64,000 bases of DNA. It comes from Candidatus Parcubacteria bacterium. GTDB lineage: Bacteria > Patescibacteriota > Minisyncoccia > UBA6257 > HR35. A model generated the notes under the pieces. The model had not been told where the DNA came from. It did not search any database and worked only from the letters and a program-made list of their open reading frames with translations. Made by a program: the position numbers and the translations under genes. The stretch's first letter is position 1. Each line of letters begins with the position of its first letter. The stretch spans positions 3,414 to 67,413 of the forward strand of contig AP024681.1 of the NCBI GenBank assembly GCA_025999335.1, in the 5' to 3' direction. Below are positions 37,800-48,042 of this stretch, piece by piece.

Positions 37800-39245
37800 A
37801 TGATTGACATTTTTTCAATAAAAAAAGCTTATTTAGTTGGTATTAAAGGTGTAGGAATGACAGCTCTGGCGTCAATTTTGAAAAATTTAAAAATAGAAGT
37901 TGTTGGTTCAGACACAAACGAAAAATTTTTTACTGATGATGTTTTAAAAAAACATAAAATCAAATATTATGAAAATTTTAATAAAAATAATTTAATAAAA
38001 GAAATGCCTATCGATGTTGTTATTAGTTCCCTTGCCTATTTACCCCAAATGCATTATTTTCCTAAAACAACAAAGATTAATCAACAAAATATAAATCTAA
38101 AATCGCCGATACCCGAAATTAATTTAGCGACTAAATTAAATATTCCTATACTTACTTACCCACAAGCTTTAGCTAATATATTTAACCAATCTTTTGGTAT
38201 AGCTATTTGCGGATCTCACGGCAAAAGCTCAACAACAGCTATTTTAGGTCATATATTTAAAAAAGCAGGCCTAGCCCCCAATGTCGTTGTTGGCTCAGAA
38301 GTTATTGATTGGCAAAGCAACTCTTTAACAGATAAAAACTTAAAAAATAAAATAGCTTTTCTTCAAAAAAATAAACATAAAATTTCTGATCTTGATTTTA
38401 TAAGAAAAAACATAAAAAGACTTCCTTTATTTATTATTGAAGCAGACGAATACAAAGAATCTTTTCTTAATTATCATCCTAAAATTATTATTATTACCAA
38501 TATTGACTATGACCATCCTGACTACTTTAAAAATGCGGAAAAGTATAAATTAGCTTTTAAAAAATTTATAAAAAACGCAACACCACCGCATATAACCATT
38601 ACTCATCGTAACAAAAAAAAATTTATCAAAAATGATAAAATTAAAAATTTTCCCTTCCCTATTCCTGGTAAACATTTTCAAAAAAACTTACAACTTATTT
38701 ATGCTTTGATAAAAATTATTAAAATACCAATAAAAAATTTTATTAATAGCATAAAAAGTTATAGAGGCATAAAAAGACGATTTGAGATTGTAAAAAATTT
38801 TACTTATAAAAATAAAAAAATTATTTTTATTGATGACTATGCTCATCATCCAACTGAAGTATTAAGTTTTTATAAAAGTTTAACTGAAAAATATCCAGAT
38901 TATTTCAAGTATTTTGTTTTTCAACCACATACCTATTCACGTACTCATTATTTATTTGCATCTTTTAAAAAAACGTTTATAACAATTAAAAAAGATAGTT
39001 CAACAAAAGTAATATTATTTAAAACATTTCCCTCAGCAAGAGAACATAAAAATATATTGCAAATAAAAAAATTAGTCACAATTAATGATTTAGCCAAAAT
39101 AACGAATATTGATTATTTTGAATCATATTTACTATTAGCAAAATTTATCAAAAACGATATCTTAAAAAATAACCATAAAAAAATAATAATCAGCACTATA
39201 GGCGCTGGCAATATATATAATTTATTTAATAAAATTAAATTTTAA
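37800..39245 (+). CDS. murC: UDP-N-acetylmuramate--L-alanine ligase-like Mur ligase
   Basis: N-terminal VGIKGVGMTALASIL...VVGSD, ICGSHGKSSTTAILGHIF nucleotide-binding motif, EADEYKESFL...NIDYDHPDYF. Confidence 0.7.
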   Translation: MIDIFSIKKAYLVGIKGVGMTALASILKNLKIEVVGSDTNEKFFTDDVLKKHKIKYYENFNKNNLIKEMPIDVVISSLAYLPQMHYFPKTTKINQQNINLKSPIPEINLATKLNIPILTYPQALANIFNQSFGIAICGSHGKSSTTAILGHIFKKAGLAPNVVVGSEVIDWQSNSLTDKNLKNKIAFLQKNKHKISDLDFIRKNIKRLPLFIIEADEYKESFLNYHPKIIIITNIDYDHPDYFKNAEKYKLAFKKFIKNATPPHITITHRNKKKFIKNDKIKNFPFPIPGKHFQKNLQLIYALIKIIKIPIKNFINSIKSYRGIKRRFEIVKNFTYKNKKIIFIDDYAHHPTEVLSFYKSLTEKYPDYFKYFVFQPHTYSRTHYLFASFKKTFITIKKDSSTKVILFKTFPSAREHKNILQIKKLVTINDLAKITNIDYFESYLLLAKFIKNDILKNNHKKIIISTIGAGNIYNLFNKIKF

Positions 39246-39309
39246 TAAATTAGTCAAAATTTATGTTATAATAAATTTAATAAACCAATAATAAAATAAT
39301 ATTAATAAA

Positions 39310-39699
39310 ATGGACTTTGGCAAAGGAGAAAATCAATTTATTCAAAGATTAAATAACTTACAAAGAGATAACAAAGAACCGTCTCCAACTAAAGAACAGA
39401 TTAACATAGATAAAAATAATTTACGTGAAAAAATAAATCATACTCTAGAAAAAATCAAAGAAGAACTAGGGATAATGCCCGAAATATCAAGAGAAGCTAA
39501 ATTTCATCAAGATCAAAAACAAATTATTGAACAATATAAAGATGTTCTAGCTGAAGCTATCAATGCATCTTTAAACGAAGATTTATTAAAAGGTTTCCAA
39601 ATGATTAAAAATATGAAAAATCCTTTTTTATTAGATGCTTTCCATGCTATGATGGCTGATCATTTTTATAAATTATTAGATAGACAAAATGAACAGTAG
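39310..39699 (+). CDS. hypothetical soluble coiled-coil protein, overlaps the downstream ATPase gene by 11 nt
   Basis: 129-aa ORF, no identifiable domain. Confidence 0.35.
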   Translation: MDFGKGENQFIQRLNNLQRDNKEPSPTKEQINIDKNNLREKINHTLEKIKEELGIMPEISREAKFHQDQKQIIEQYKDVLAEAINASLNEDLLKGFQMIKNMKNPFLLDAFHAMMADHFYKLLDRQNEQ

Positions 39700-42151
39700 C
39701 TATTTTTATATTATATTATCTATTGCTACTATCATTAGCTTTATTCTTATTATATTTACTGTCTTACATTTAAAAAAATATCGTCAAAAAGTACAATTAA
39801 AATTAGCTTTTAGTTATGTCTTACTCCTTATAGAATTACCTAAAAGCATAATTTTAGCACAACAACAAAGCAGCAACCCTGACCCACGATTAAGAATAAT
39901 TGAAGAAATTACTACTTTTGAAAATTTTTTATCTCATTTTAGTAAAATTAAAAATCCCATTGTTTTTGAAATTGCAACTCCTCACTATGGAGAAGAAATT
40001 TTTTTCTATGCGGCGATGCATAGAAAAGATGTTGATTATTTTAATAAAGTTTTAAAAGGAGCTTACCCCGGAGCTGAAACAAAAATTATTGAAACTGACT
40101 ACAATATTTTTAATCCTAATGGAGTTAGTTTGCTATCTATCGTAACTCAAAAAAATCATCATTTTTTACCAATTAGAACATATAAAAGTATTGCTCTTGG
40201 AAATATTGATCCCTTTGACGCTTTCCTTTCGGCTTTTTCAAAATTAGACAAAGAAGGCGAAGGTTTAGCTTATCAACTTATCATAAAACCGGCACCTCAA
40301 AAAATTCATAAAAAAATTTTTCAAGTTATTAAAAAGTTAAGAGAAGGAGAAAATTTAGAAGAAGCCTTAAAAATTCATTTCTTTTATAACATAATTTCTC
40401 TTTTCCAAAATATATTTAAAGAATTTTTCGTTAGCGAGAAAAAAAAGGAAGAGGAAAAACAAGAAAAAACAAAACCAAAACCAGCTGAAGAAACTGCTAT
40501 AAAACAACTAGAAGAAAAAAATGCTAAAAGTTTATTTCATGTCAATGTTCGATTAGTATGTTCTACCTACAATCACCAAACAGCAAATAATATCTTAACG
40601 GCTTTAGAAGGACCGTTTAATCAATTTGTCAATCCTGGATTCAATGAGTTTCTTATTCAACGTAAGCACAAAAACAAACTTTTAAAAAGTATTTATGATT
40701 TTTCTTTTAGAATCTTTCAAAAAAAAGAAACGATGCTTTTAAATACTGAAGAGATTGCTTCTATTTTTCACTTCCCTATTTCTTATACTAAAAATCCGTT
40801 AATACATTGGCTATTACTAAGATCAGCGCCACCTCCTATTAATTTACCAACAGAAGGAGTCATTTTAGGCGTAAACAACTATCAAGGGAATGAATCATTG
40901 ATTAGAATTACTAAAAATGACCGACGAAGACATATCTATGTTATCGGTCAAACAGGTACTGGTAAAACAACTTTGCTCAAAAATATTATTGAACAGGATA
41001 TTAGTAACGGCGATGGTGTTTGTTTTTTAGATCCTCACGGTGATGTAGCTGAAGAAATTTTAGGCTTAATTCCTCCTGATAAAGCTGAAAATGTGATTTA
41101 TTTTAATCCTGGCGACACTCGTAAACCTTTAGGGTTAAATATTCTTGAATATAATCCTCAAAATCCTGAAGATAAAACTTTTATTATTAATACCTTAATT
41201 GAAATTATTGATAAGTTATATAATTTACAAGTTACTGGAGGTCCGATGTTCGAACAATATTTAAGAAATGCTTTATTATTAATAATGGATAATCCAGAAT
41301 GGGGACATACTTTATTAGATGTCTCTCGAGTTTTTGTTGACGATGATTTTCGTGATAGATTACTCAATGAATGTAAAAACTATCCAGTAATAGAATTTTG
41401 GCGCAAACAAGCAGAGAGAATTACTTCAGGAGATTTCTCGTTAGAAAATATGACAACTTGGATAACCTCTAAACTTAATCCTTTCATAACCAATGACTTT
41501 GTTAGACCAATAATCGCTCAATCTAAATCATCTCTTAATTTTAGAGAAATTATGGATAATCAAAAAATTTTAATAGTTAATCTAGCTAAAGGAAAATTAG
41601 GTGAAACAAGTGCTTATTTATTAGGAATGGTGCTAGTTACTAAAATATTATTAGCTGCTTTGTCAAGAATCGACACGCCTGAACAACAACGAAAAGATTT
41701 CTATCTTTTTATCGACGAGTTTCAAAATTTTGCTTTTAAAAGTGTTAGTACAATTTTATCCGAAGCACGTAAATATAGACTTTCATTAACTTTAGCCCAT
41801 CAGTTTATTAAACAAGTGCCTGAAGAAATTATTGCGGCAGTTATAGGTAATGTAGGTACTATTATTTCTTTTCGTATAGGTGTTGAAGATGCTGAACTTT
41901 TAGAAAGACAATTCTCGCCTGTATTTAGTAAAGCTGATCTTGTGAATATACCTAATTATAATGCTTATATTAAATATCTTATTAACGGAGTTGTTACCAG
42001 TGCTTTTAATATTCAAACCTTAAAACCAAAACCTGAAAACAAAAAATTAAGCGCAATGATAATGGAGATGTCTATGTTAAAATATGGTAAACCCCGCGAA
42101 CTTATTGAAGAAGAAATAGCTAAAAAGTATCAAAACGATTTTGACTTTTAA
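39689..42151 (+). CDS. TraG/TraD/VirD4-family (type IV coupling-protein-like) membrane ATPase
   Basis: N-terminal TM helices, Walker A HIYVIGQTGTGKTT followed by FLDPHGD, Walker B LFIDEFQNF, 820 aa. Confidence 0.6.
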   Translation: MNSSYFYIILSIATIISFILIIFTVLHLKKYRQKVQLKLAFSYVLLLIELPKSIILAQQQSSNPDPRLRIIEEITTFENFLSHFSKIKNPIVFEIATPHYGEEIFFYAAMHRKDVDYFNKVLKGAYPGAETKIIETDYNIFNPNGVSLLSIVTQKNHHFLPIRTYKSIALGNIDPFDAFLSAFSKLDKEGEGLAYQLIIKPAPQKIHKKIFQVIKKLREGENLEEALKIHFFYNIISLFQNIFKEFFVSEKKKEEEKQEKTKPKPAEETAIKQLEEKNAKSLFHVNVRLVCSTYNHQTANNILTALEGPFNQFVNPGFNEFLIQRKHKNKLLKSIYDFSFRIFQKKETMLLNTEEIASIFHFPISYTKNPLIHWLLLRSAPPPINLPTEGVILGVNNYQGNESLIRITKNDRRRHIYVIGQTGTGKTTLLKNIIEQDISNGDGVCFLDPHGDVAEEILGLIPPDKAENVIYFNPGDTRKPLGLNILEYNPQNPEDKTFIINTLIEIIDKLYNLQVTGGPMFEQYLRNALLLIMDNPEWGHTLLDVSRVFVDDDFRDRLLNECKNYPVIEFWRKQAERITSGDFSLENMTTWITSKLNPFITNDFVRPIIAQSKSSLNFREIMDNQKILIVNLAKGKLGETSAYLLGMVLVTKILLAALSRIDTPEQQRKDFYLFIDEFQNFAFKSVSTILSEARKYRLSLTLAHQFIKQVPEEIIAAVIGNVGTIISFRIGVEDAELLERQFSPVFSKADLVNIPNYNAYIKYLINGVVTSAFNIQTLKPKPENKKLSAMIMEMSMLKYGKPRELIEEEIAKKYQNDFDF

Positions 42152-42270
42152 CAACTAAAATTATTAATATATAAATACAACAAAATGCTAAAACCATCGC
42201 TAAATTTATCAAAAGAAGAAGTTATTTCTAGTAAAACTATTAATAAAGAAAAAGAAATAACTTAAAAAAT

Positions 42271-43269
42271 ATGTCAATCTCTGATATTTTAATTATTTTA
42301 GGATTTGTTAGTGTTTTTTATTTTCTTTTTTATCTTAAAAGAACCCTTGATAAACTTCAAGAACCGTCTGAGGGTAAATTTTTAGACTTACAAAATAAAC
42401 TTTATGAGAGTTTCAATCTTCTAAAACAAGAAGTTTTTCATCACTTTCAAAACTTTAATCAAACAACTCTAGAAAAACAAGAAAAGATCGTCTCGTCAAC
42501 TTCAAAAATTGAAGAAATAGTTAGAAATTTAGAATCGACAACTACTGAAATGAGATCTTTAAAAGAAATTTTTGTTGGACCAAAAACAAGAGGTTATTTA
42601 GGCGAAACAATGTTAAAAGAAATAATCAAAACTTTACCAAGTTCTTACTATGAAGAACAATACCAACTTGGTTATGATCGCGTTGATTATGTCTTAAAAT
42701 TAAATGGTGTTTTAATACCTATAGATGCTAAATTTCCTGTGCAAAATTTTAAAGATATCTTTGCAACTGAAGAAAAAAATAAACAAACCTTAAAAAGAGA
42801 TTTAATAAAAAATCTAAAAAATAAAATTGAAGATGTTTCTAGAAAATATATTTTGCCATCTAAAGGGACAATAGAATTTGCTTTAATCTATTTAGCCAAT
42901 GAAGCAATTTATTATGAACTTTTATCTGATAAAGATTTCGATGAAGTTTGGGAATTTGCTCGAGAAAAATCTGTTTTTTTAACTTCGCCTAAAAACTTTG
43001 AACTTATCTGTTCTTCCCTGCTCTTAGTTATTCGTAAACAAGAATTTAGTCAAAATATCCACCAAATTTTAGCTAATCTTCATCAATTAGAAAAAGATTT
43101 ACTAGAAATGAGCGAATTTTTTGGAAAAGCTTATAATCAATTAAGAAATAGTTTTGCTAATTTTCAAGAATTTGAAAAAATTTTAAATAGATTTATTCTA
43201 AATTTCAGAAGTTTAATAAAAAATGAAGAAAAATTAGAAGAAAAAATCAAAGAAAAATCGTTAATTTAA
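42271..43269 (+). CDS. rmuC: DNA recombination protein RmuC
   Basis: N-terminal TM, coiled coil, then GETMLKEI...DRVDYVLKLNGVLIPIDAKFP and ...FALIYLANEA...FLTSPKN, matching the RmuC core. Confidence 0.7.
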   Translation: MSISDILIILGFVSVFYFLFYLKRTLDKLQEPSEGKFLDLQNKLYESFNLLKQEVFHHFQNFNQTTLEKQEKIVSSTSKIEEIVRNLESTTTEMRSLKEIFVGPKTRGYLGETMLKEIIKTLPSSYYEEQYQLGYDRVDYVLKLNGVLIPIDAKFPVQNFKDIFATEEKNKQTLKRDLIKNLKNKIEDVSRKYILPSKGTIEFALIYLANEAIYYELLSDKDFDEVWEFAREKSVFLTSPKNFELICSSLLLVIRKQEFSQNIHQILANLHQLEKDLLEMSEFFGKAYNQLRNSFANFQEFEKILNRFILNFRSLIKNEEKLEEKIKEKSLI

Positions 43270-43604
43270 AATGAATTACTATAAAATTTTTATCAAAAAC
43301 TTATTATAAACCATAAAATTATTTAAACGATAATGCTAAATAATAGCGATGTTCATTATCGTGAAGTTAAATTTTGGTTTGATAAAAAATTGATTACATC
43401 TTTATTAAAAGAAAAAATTAAACCTTTAAAATATTTTAATGATAAAATATTATTATATGGTCTCTCTATTAATAAAATTAAAAGAGGTCGTTAATTTTAA
43501 TATAACAATCGCGGATTTAGACACATATAGCTAAATAAAAATCAAAAATAAACAATACGCGTGAATCTGTGTAAGAAATCAGTGCCAATCCGCATTTAAA
43601 AAAA

Positions 43605-44618
43605 ATGAGAATCGCCATCAATGGTTTTGGAAGAATAGGAAGAATATTTTTTAGAATTGCCTTTGGTCAACCTAATATTGATATCGTCGCTATTAATGAT
43701 TTATCTGATACTCAAAATTTAGCTTATTTATTAAAATATGACACTGTTTACGGTCGTTACCATAAAAATGTTGAAGTAAGAAATGATAAACTCATTGTTG
43801 ATGGTAAAGAAATTTTAGTTTTTAAAGAAACTGATCCTACAAAATTGCCTTGGAAAGATTTAAATATTGATGTTATTGTTGAATCAACTGGGGTTTTTAC
43901 TGAATTTGAAAAAGCTAAAGCCCATCTAAACGCTGGAGCTAAAAGAGTTGTTATCACCGCACCAGCAAAAGATGATCTTACTCCTCATTTTACTCCCGGA
44001 CTTGAAGATTTAGGTAAAATTTATTCTTTAGGTGAACAAGGTTTAATTACTTCAAATGCTTCTTGCACAACTAATTCTGTTAATCCAGTAATCGCTATTT
44101 TAAACGAAACTCTTGGAATTAAAAAAGCAATTTTGACAACCATTCATGCCTACACTAATACTCAATCAATAGTTGATAGCGTTGTTAAAGGTCATGATTT
44201 CCGTCGTGGTCGCGCTGGCGCCCAAAATATTATTCCTTCAACAACTGGCGCGGCTGAAGCAACGGCAAAGGTAATTCCAGAAATAAAAGGAAAGTTTGAT
44301 GGTATTTCAATTAGAGTACCGGTAGTCACTGTTTCTCTTTCAGATATTACTTTAATTACTCAGAAACCTACAACAGTTGAAGAAGTAAATAATATTTTTA
44401 GAAATGCAGTCACTAATGAAAAATGGCAAGGCGTCATAAAGATTGTAGAAGATCAAATTGTTTCTTCAGATATTATTGGCGAACCTTACGGAGCAGTTAT
44501 TGATTTAACCCTAACTAAAGTTGTTGACGGTGATTTAGTCAAAGTTTTTTCTTGGTATGATAATGAATGGGGTTATTGTGCGATGCTTCTAAAACATATA
44601 GAAAAACTATCTTCTTAA
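43605..44618 (+). CDS. gap: Glyceraldehyde-3-phosphate dehydrogenase, type I
   Basis: MRIAINGFGRIGR, SNASCTTNS active site, WYDNEWGY C-terminus. Confidence 0.9.
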   Translation: MRIAINGFGRIGRIFFRIAFGQPNIDIVAINDLSDTQNLAYLLKYDTVYGRYHKNVEVRNDKLIVDGKEILVFKETDPTKLPWKDLNIDVIVESTGVFTEFEKAKAHLNAGAKRVVITAPAKDDLTPHFTPGLEDLGKIYSLGEQGLITSNASCTTNSVNPVIAILNETLGIKKAILTTIHAYTNTQSIVDSVVKGHDFRRGRAGAQNIIPSTTGAAEATAKVIPEIKGKFDGISIRVPVVTVSLSDITLITQKPTTVEEVNNIFRNAVTNEKWQGVIKIVEDQIVSSDIIGEPYGAVIDLTLTKVVDGDLVKVFSWYDNEWGYCAMLLKHIEKLSS

Positions 44619-45381
44619 ACTTATTTAGCAAAATAAAATGTTTCTACTATTTGGAATAAAATTCTATCTTTAAATTCTATAAATTCTTCAAATGATTTTT
44701 TATTCTTTTTCTCTAAACCTACTAGATCCAAGCTGATATTAAAAATTAATACATAGTTTTTCTCAAAATTAGCTATAACATTAAAACCAAGAAAAGAATA
44801 ATAACCAACATCTACCATTGTAAATAAATAAATATCATCTTCAATCTTTATCACTCTTACCTCCCCAAGGAAAGATTATTTCATCAGAATATTTATCTAT
44901 AAAACTAAAGGTTTCTTTGCCAAAATAAATTTTTTCAGAAAGTCCCTACCAAACAAATTTTTTAAGATTACTTACAACTTTAATTATAGCTAACAATTGA
45001 TTTTTAGTTCTTATTCCCACCTTAAAACATCTTTAAGATTGTCTTTCGCCTATTTGATAATATTTACAATCTTGTAATTATTTTATATTTAACAATAAAG
45101 ATAAATTATTATTTACTGATGAAGTATAAAAAAATCAATAACCAAAGTTTTTTGTTTAGTCTTAGTAATACAAGAATAGCCTTTTTTACATTCTCAACAT
45201 ATATTGCCTATCTTTAACAAATTTTCAAGACAATAAAGGAAATTAGAATTCAAATTAAAATTTTTATCAAAATTATTTAATCTCAATACTGAATTTTTCG
45301 TTTAATTTTAATTATTAATACAACAAATAGCTAAATCACCTAAATTAAATATTTACTATTTTTATCGTACAAAGTTGATAT

Positions 45382-45840
45382 TTATTTAGTTACGCAAATT
45401 GTGCTTTTTAATTCACCATTAGCACAAATTGTTGTTTGCATTGAAGAAGATGAATATGTTAAAGTATATCTCGTTTGTGTAGCGTTAGCATCTGTTTCTG
45501 AAGGATCGACAGGTATTTTAGGAAGAAAATTTGGTGTCAAACAATCAAGATTTATTGTTGAAGTTGAAGTTTCGGTAGCATTACGAATAATAGTAACAGT
45601 TACAACTGGCAAGCTAGTAGAATAATTAACGCTTGATGGACAATTCCAAGTTTGTTTATCGATGATAAGCTGAGATATAGCGCTAGCTATAGATTGAACA
45701 TCATTTGTTCTTTGAGTGTCACGCGTTTTCGCTAATTGACGACCTGGATTAATAGCTACAATTAACGCTCCAGCTAAAATAGCTATAATACCTATAACCA
45801 ATAGAATTTCTATAAGCGTAAAACCTGATTTTTTTTGCAT
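45382..45840 (-). CDS. Type IV pilin (prepilin-type N-terminal cleavage/methylation domain)
   Basis: MQKKSGFTLIEILLVIGIIAILA class III signal sequence, 152 aa. Confidence 0.75.
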   Translation of the reverse strand: MQKKSGFTLIEILLVIGIIAILAGALIVAINPGRQLAKTRDTQRTNDVQSIASAISQLIIDKQTWNCPSSVNYSTSLPVVTVTIIRNATETSTSTINLDCLTPNFLPKIPVDPSETDANATQTRYTLTYSSSSMQTTICANGELKSTICVTK

Positions 45841-45945
45841 TTTATAATGGTTAATAGCAAAATTACGACTTATTTATTATAACTATATTATATTTTAATT
45901 ATATCAAAAAATTTAAAAAATAACAATAAGCAATGTGGAATATTT

Positions 45946-47442
45946 TTATTCCCTTTCCCATTTTAAAATCTGATAAAAATCAGTTGATAACGGAAAATAT
46001 GGCGGTGGAGCGTATAATAAATTATTATCATAAATAATATCGCGTAAATTATATCCTGAAATAGTATTTCCTTGGCTATCACTCCAGGTAAATCCATACC
46101 TTAAACGAGTTGACAAAGTACCAAACAAAGTTATTTTATTTCTTAAATATTCGCTTCCACAGGATGATGAATAGTATTGCCTTCCTATTCTACCATTTTT
46201 AGCTATTAAAGCTGCGTCAATTCTTAAAGTGTTTGTGCTTTTTAACCCAACATAGATATTTTTTTGCGCTAATAAACCAATAACATCTCTATTGTCATAA
46301 TAAGTATATAGCAAGTTATCGTTAATAATAATATTGGTCATCGAATTTGGATCTTCAGGAAATCTTGCTGAACCTATAACTAATCGTTTATTTTGAATTT
46401 TACCTCTTATCCATAAATTATCTTCAATAAAAATAACACTGTTTGTTGGGTAATTAAATGTGCCTAAAAATTGTCTGTTAGCAATACTCCAAGTGCTTTG
46501 ATTATAGCGCGTATTAACACTTGAACAAGCAGGATTAAAAACAACAGAATCGCACATTTGACAACCAGAAGGAGGATTTGTTAATGAATTTACTCTATAT
46601 AAATCGAAATTATTTTCTTTTAAAACAATTTCATAACCAAAGTAATTATTTCCTGAAAAACCTCTATAAAAACCATTTTGTTGGGCTAATGTTTTTAAAT
46701 CAGCTAAATTAGCGCTAATGCCATTAAAATTAACTCCTGGAACTCCAACTAATCTCCCAGCTTTAAAAACATCATCTCTTTGAGGAATATTTTGAGGATC
46801 AGGATTGCTGCCAGGACAAGGATCTTGCGGAGAAAGATGAGTATGCACAGCCCATTCATAACAACCAGTATGATCCGGATCGTCATAAGTAATTAAAGAA
46901 CTTTTTATCGTGTTAAAAGCTATACCGTCAAATCTAATACCTCTATTTGAATGAATTTCTCCATAAACAATAGTACCGCTACCAAATCTAATATTATCAT
47001 CAACTAAAACTGAATATTTAGTAAACGAAGGTTTGCCCAATGTCATTTTTAAGGTTTTTTGATTTTGAAAAATAGATTTTAATTTTGCGGTTGTTTTTAA
47101 ATTAACTATATTAATTCCCTGTTGCGGAGTTTGTATTTCAAGAATATAACTACCAATTTCTTCACCTAAACGATTATAAAATTTATATGAATAAGGACCA
47201 GATGTGGCTGTGCCATTAGTAAAATCATTGCTATAATGATTTAAATACCATCTTGCTTGCTCTAAACCACTTTCAGCAATATTAAAAATCTTTATATTGT
47301 CTCTATCACGATAGGTTGAATTAACATAAACAGTTAAAAAACCAGACAAAGCACTAAACGAAGCTACACCTATTAAAATATAAAACAAAACATAAATTAT
47401 TATTTGACCTTTTTTATTTTTAAATTTATCCTTAAAAGACAT
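45946..47442 (-). CDS. PilX-like / pilus-associated membrane-anchored protein
   Basis: N-terminal KKGQIIIYVLFYILIGVASFSALSG anchor resembling the PilX_N type; located between pilin-like genes. Confidence 0.4.
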   Translation of the reverse strand: MSFKDKFKNKKGQIIIYVLFYILIGVASFSALSGFLTVYVNSTYRDRDNIKIFNIAESGLEQARWYLNHYSNDFTNGTATSGPYSYKFYNRLGEEIGSYILEIQTPQQGINIVNLKTTAKLKSIFQNQKTLKMTLGKPSFTKYSVLVDDNIRFGSGTIVYGEIHSNRGIRFDGIAFNTIKSSLITYDDPDHTGCYEWAVHTHLSPQDPCPGSNPDPQNIPQRDDVFKAGRLVGVPGVNFNGISANLADLKTLAQQNGFYRGFSGNNYFGYEIVLKENNFDLYRVNSLTNPPSGCQMCDSVVFNPACSSVNTRYNQSTWSIANRQFLGTFNYPTNSVIFIEDNLWIRGKIQNKRLVIGSARFPEDPNSMTNIIINDNLLYTYYDNRDVIGLLAQKNIYVGLKSTNTLRIDAALIAKNGRIGRQYYSSSCGSEYLRNKITLFGTLSTRLRYGFTWSDSQGNTISGYNLRDIIYDNNLLYAPPPYFPLSTDFYQILKWERE

Positions 47443-47451
47443 AATTAATTT

Positions 47452-48033
47452 TTAAGGAGTGGTGATTAAATTACGTGGCGCAATAATAACAGAATTTTCT
47501 GTAATGTTTGCATTTTTATTTTCTTTAATATAAATAGTGAATTTTATTAATCTTATCGACGTTATCTTGTTGGTTGATTGCAAATTAGAATCATAATATT
47601 GAAATAATGGCTCTGTGCCCGATGCTAATTGATCAACTAAAACATTTCTTATCTCGCTACTGGTTGGATATATGTATAATCCACTACCCGTGGCTATTGG
47701 TTTAATAATACCTTTTTGTAAACTGCTACTTGCTTTAAAATATCTTACTCGTTCAATTAAACTATCATTATCTATATTAGTATAAAAAGCCAATTCATTA
47801 GATGTTGCTATATCTAAAGGATAAGAACCATTGCTTGATTGAATAGCAGACTTTAATTCTTTGTCAATACTTTGCAATAAAAGATTTACTTGATTATCTA
47901 AAGACAGACTTTGCGAAAAGTAAACATTAAAATTTGAAAAATTGAAAATAATCAAGGCGAGATTAAAGATAATAAATGCTAATAAGGTTATCACTAAAAC
48001 TGTTTCAATTAAAGTAAAACCTTGCTTATTCAT
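47452..48033 (-). CDS. Prepilin-type (pseudopilin/minor pilin) protein
   Basis: MNKQGFTLIETVLVITLLAFII N-terminus. Confidence 0.6.
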   Translation of the reverse strand: MNKQGFTLIETVLVITLLAFIIFNLALIIFNFSNFNVYFSQSLSLDNQVNLLLQSIDKELKSAIQSSNGSYPLDIATSNELAFYTNIDNDSLIERVRYFKASSSLQKGIIKPIATGSGLYIYPTSSEIRNVLVDQLASGTEPLFQYYDSNLQSTNKITSIRLIKFTIYIKENKNANITENSVIIAPRNLITTP

Positions 48034-48042
48034 TACTCATTA

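Noticed and set aside
44621-44854. 77-aa minus-strand ORF after gap
   Set aside because: Short, no RBS context or recognisable domain; kept out of the feature list as unsupported
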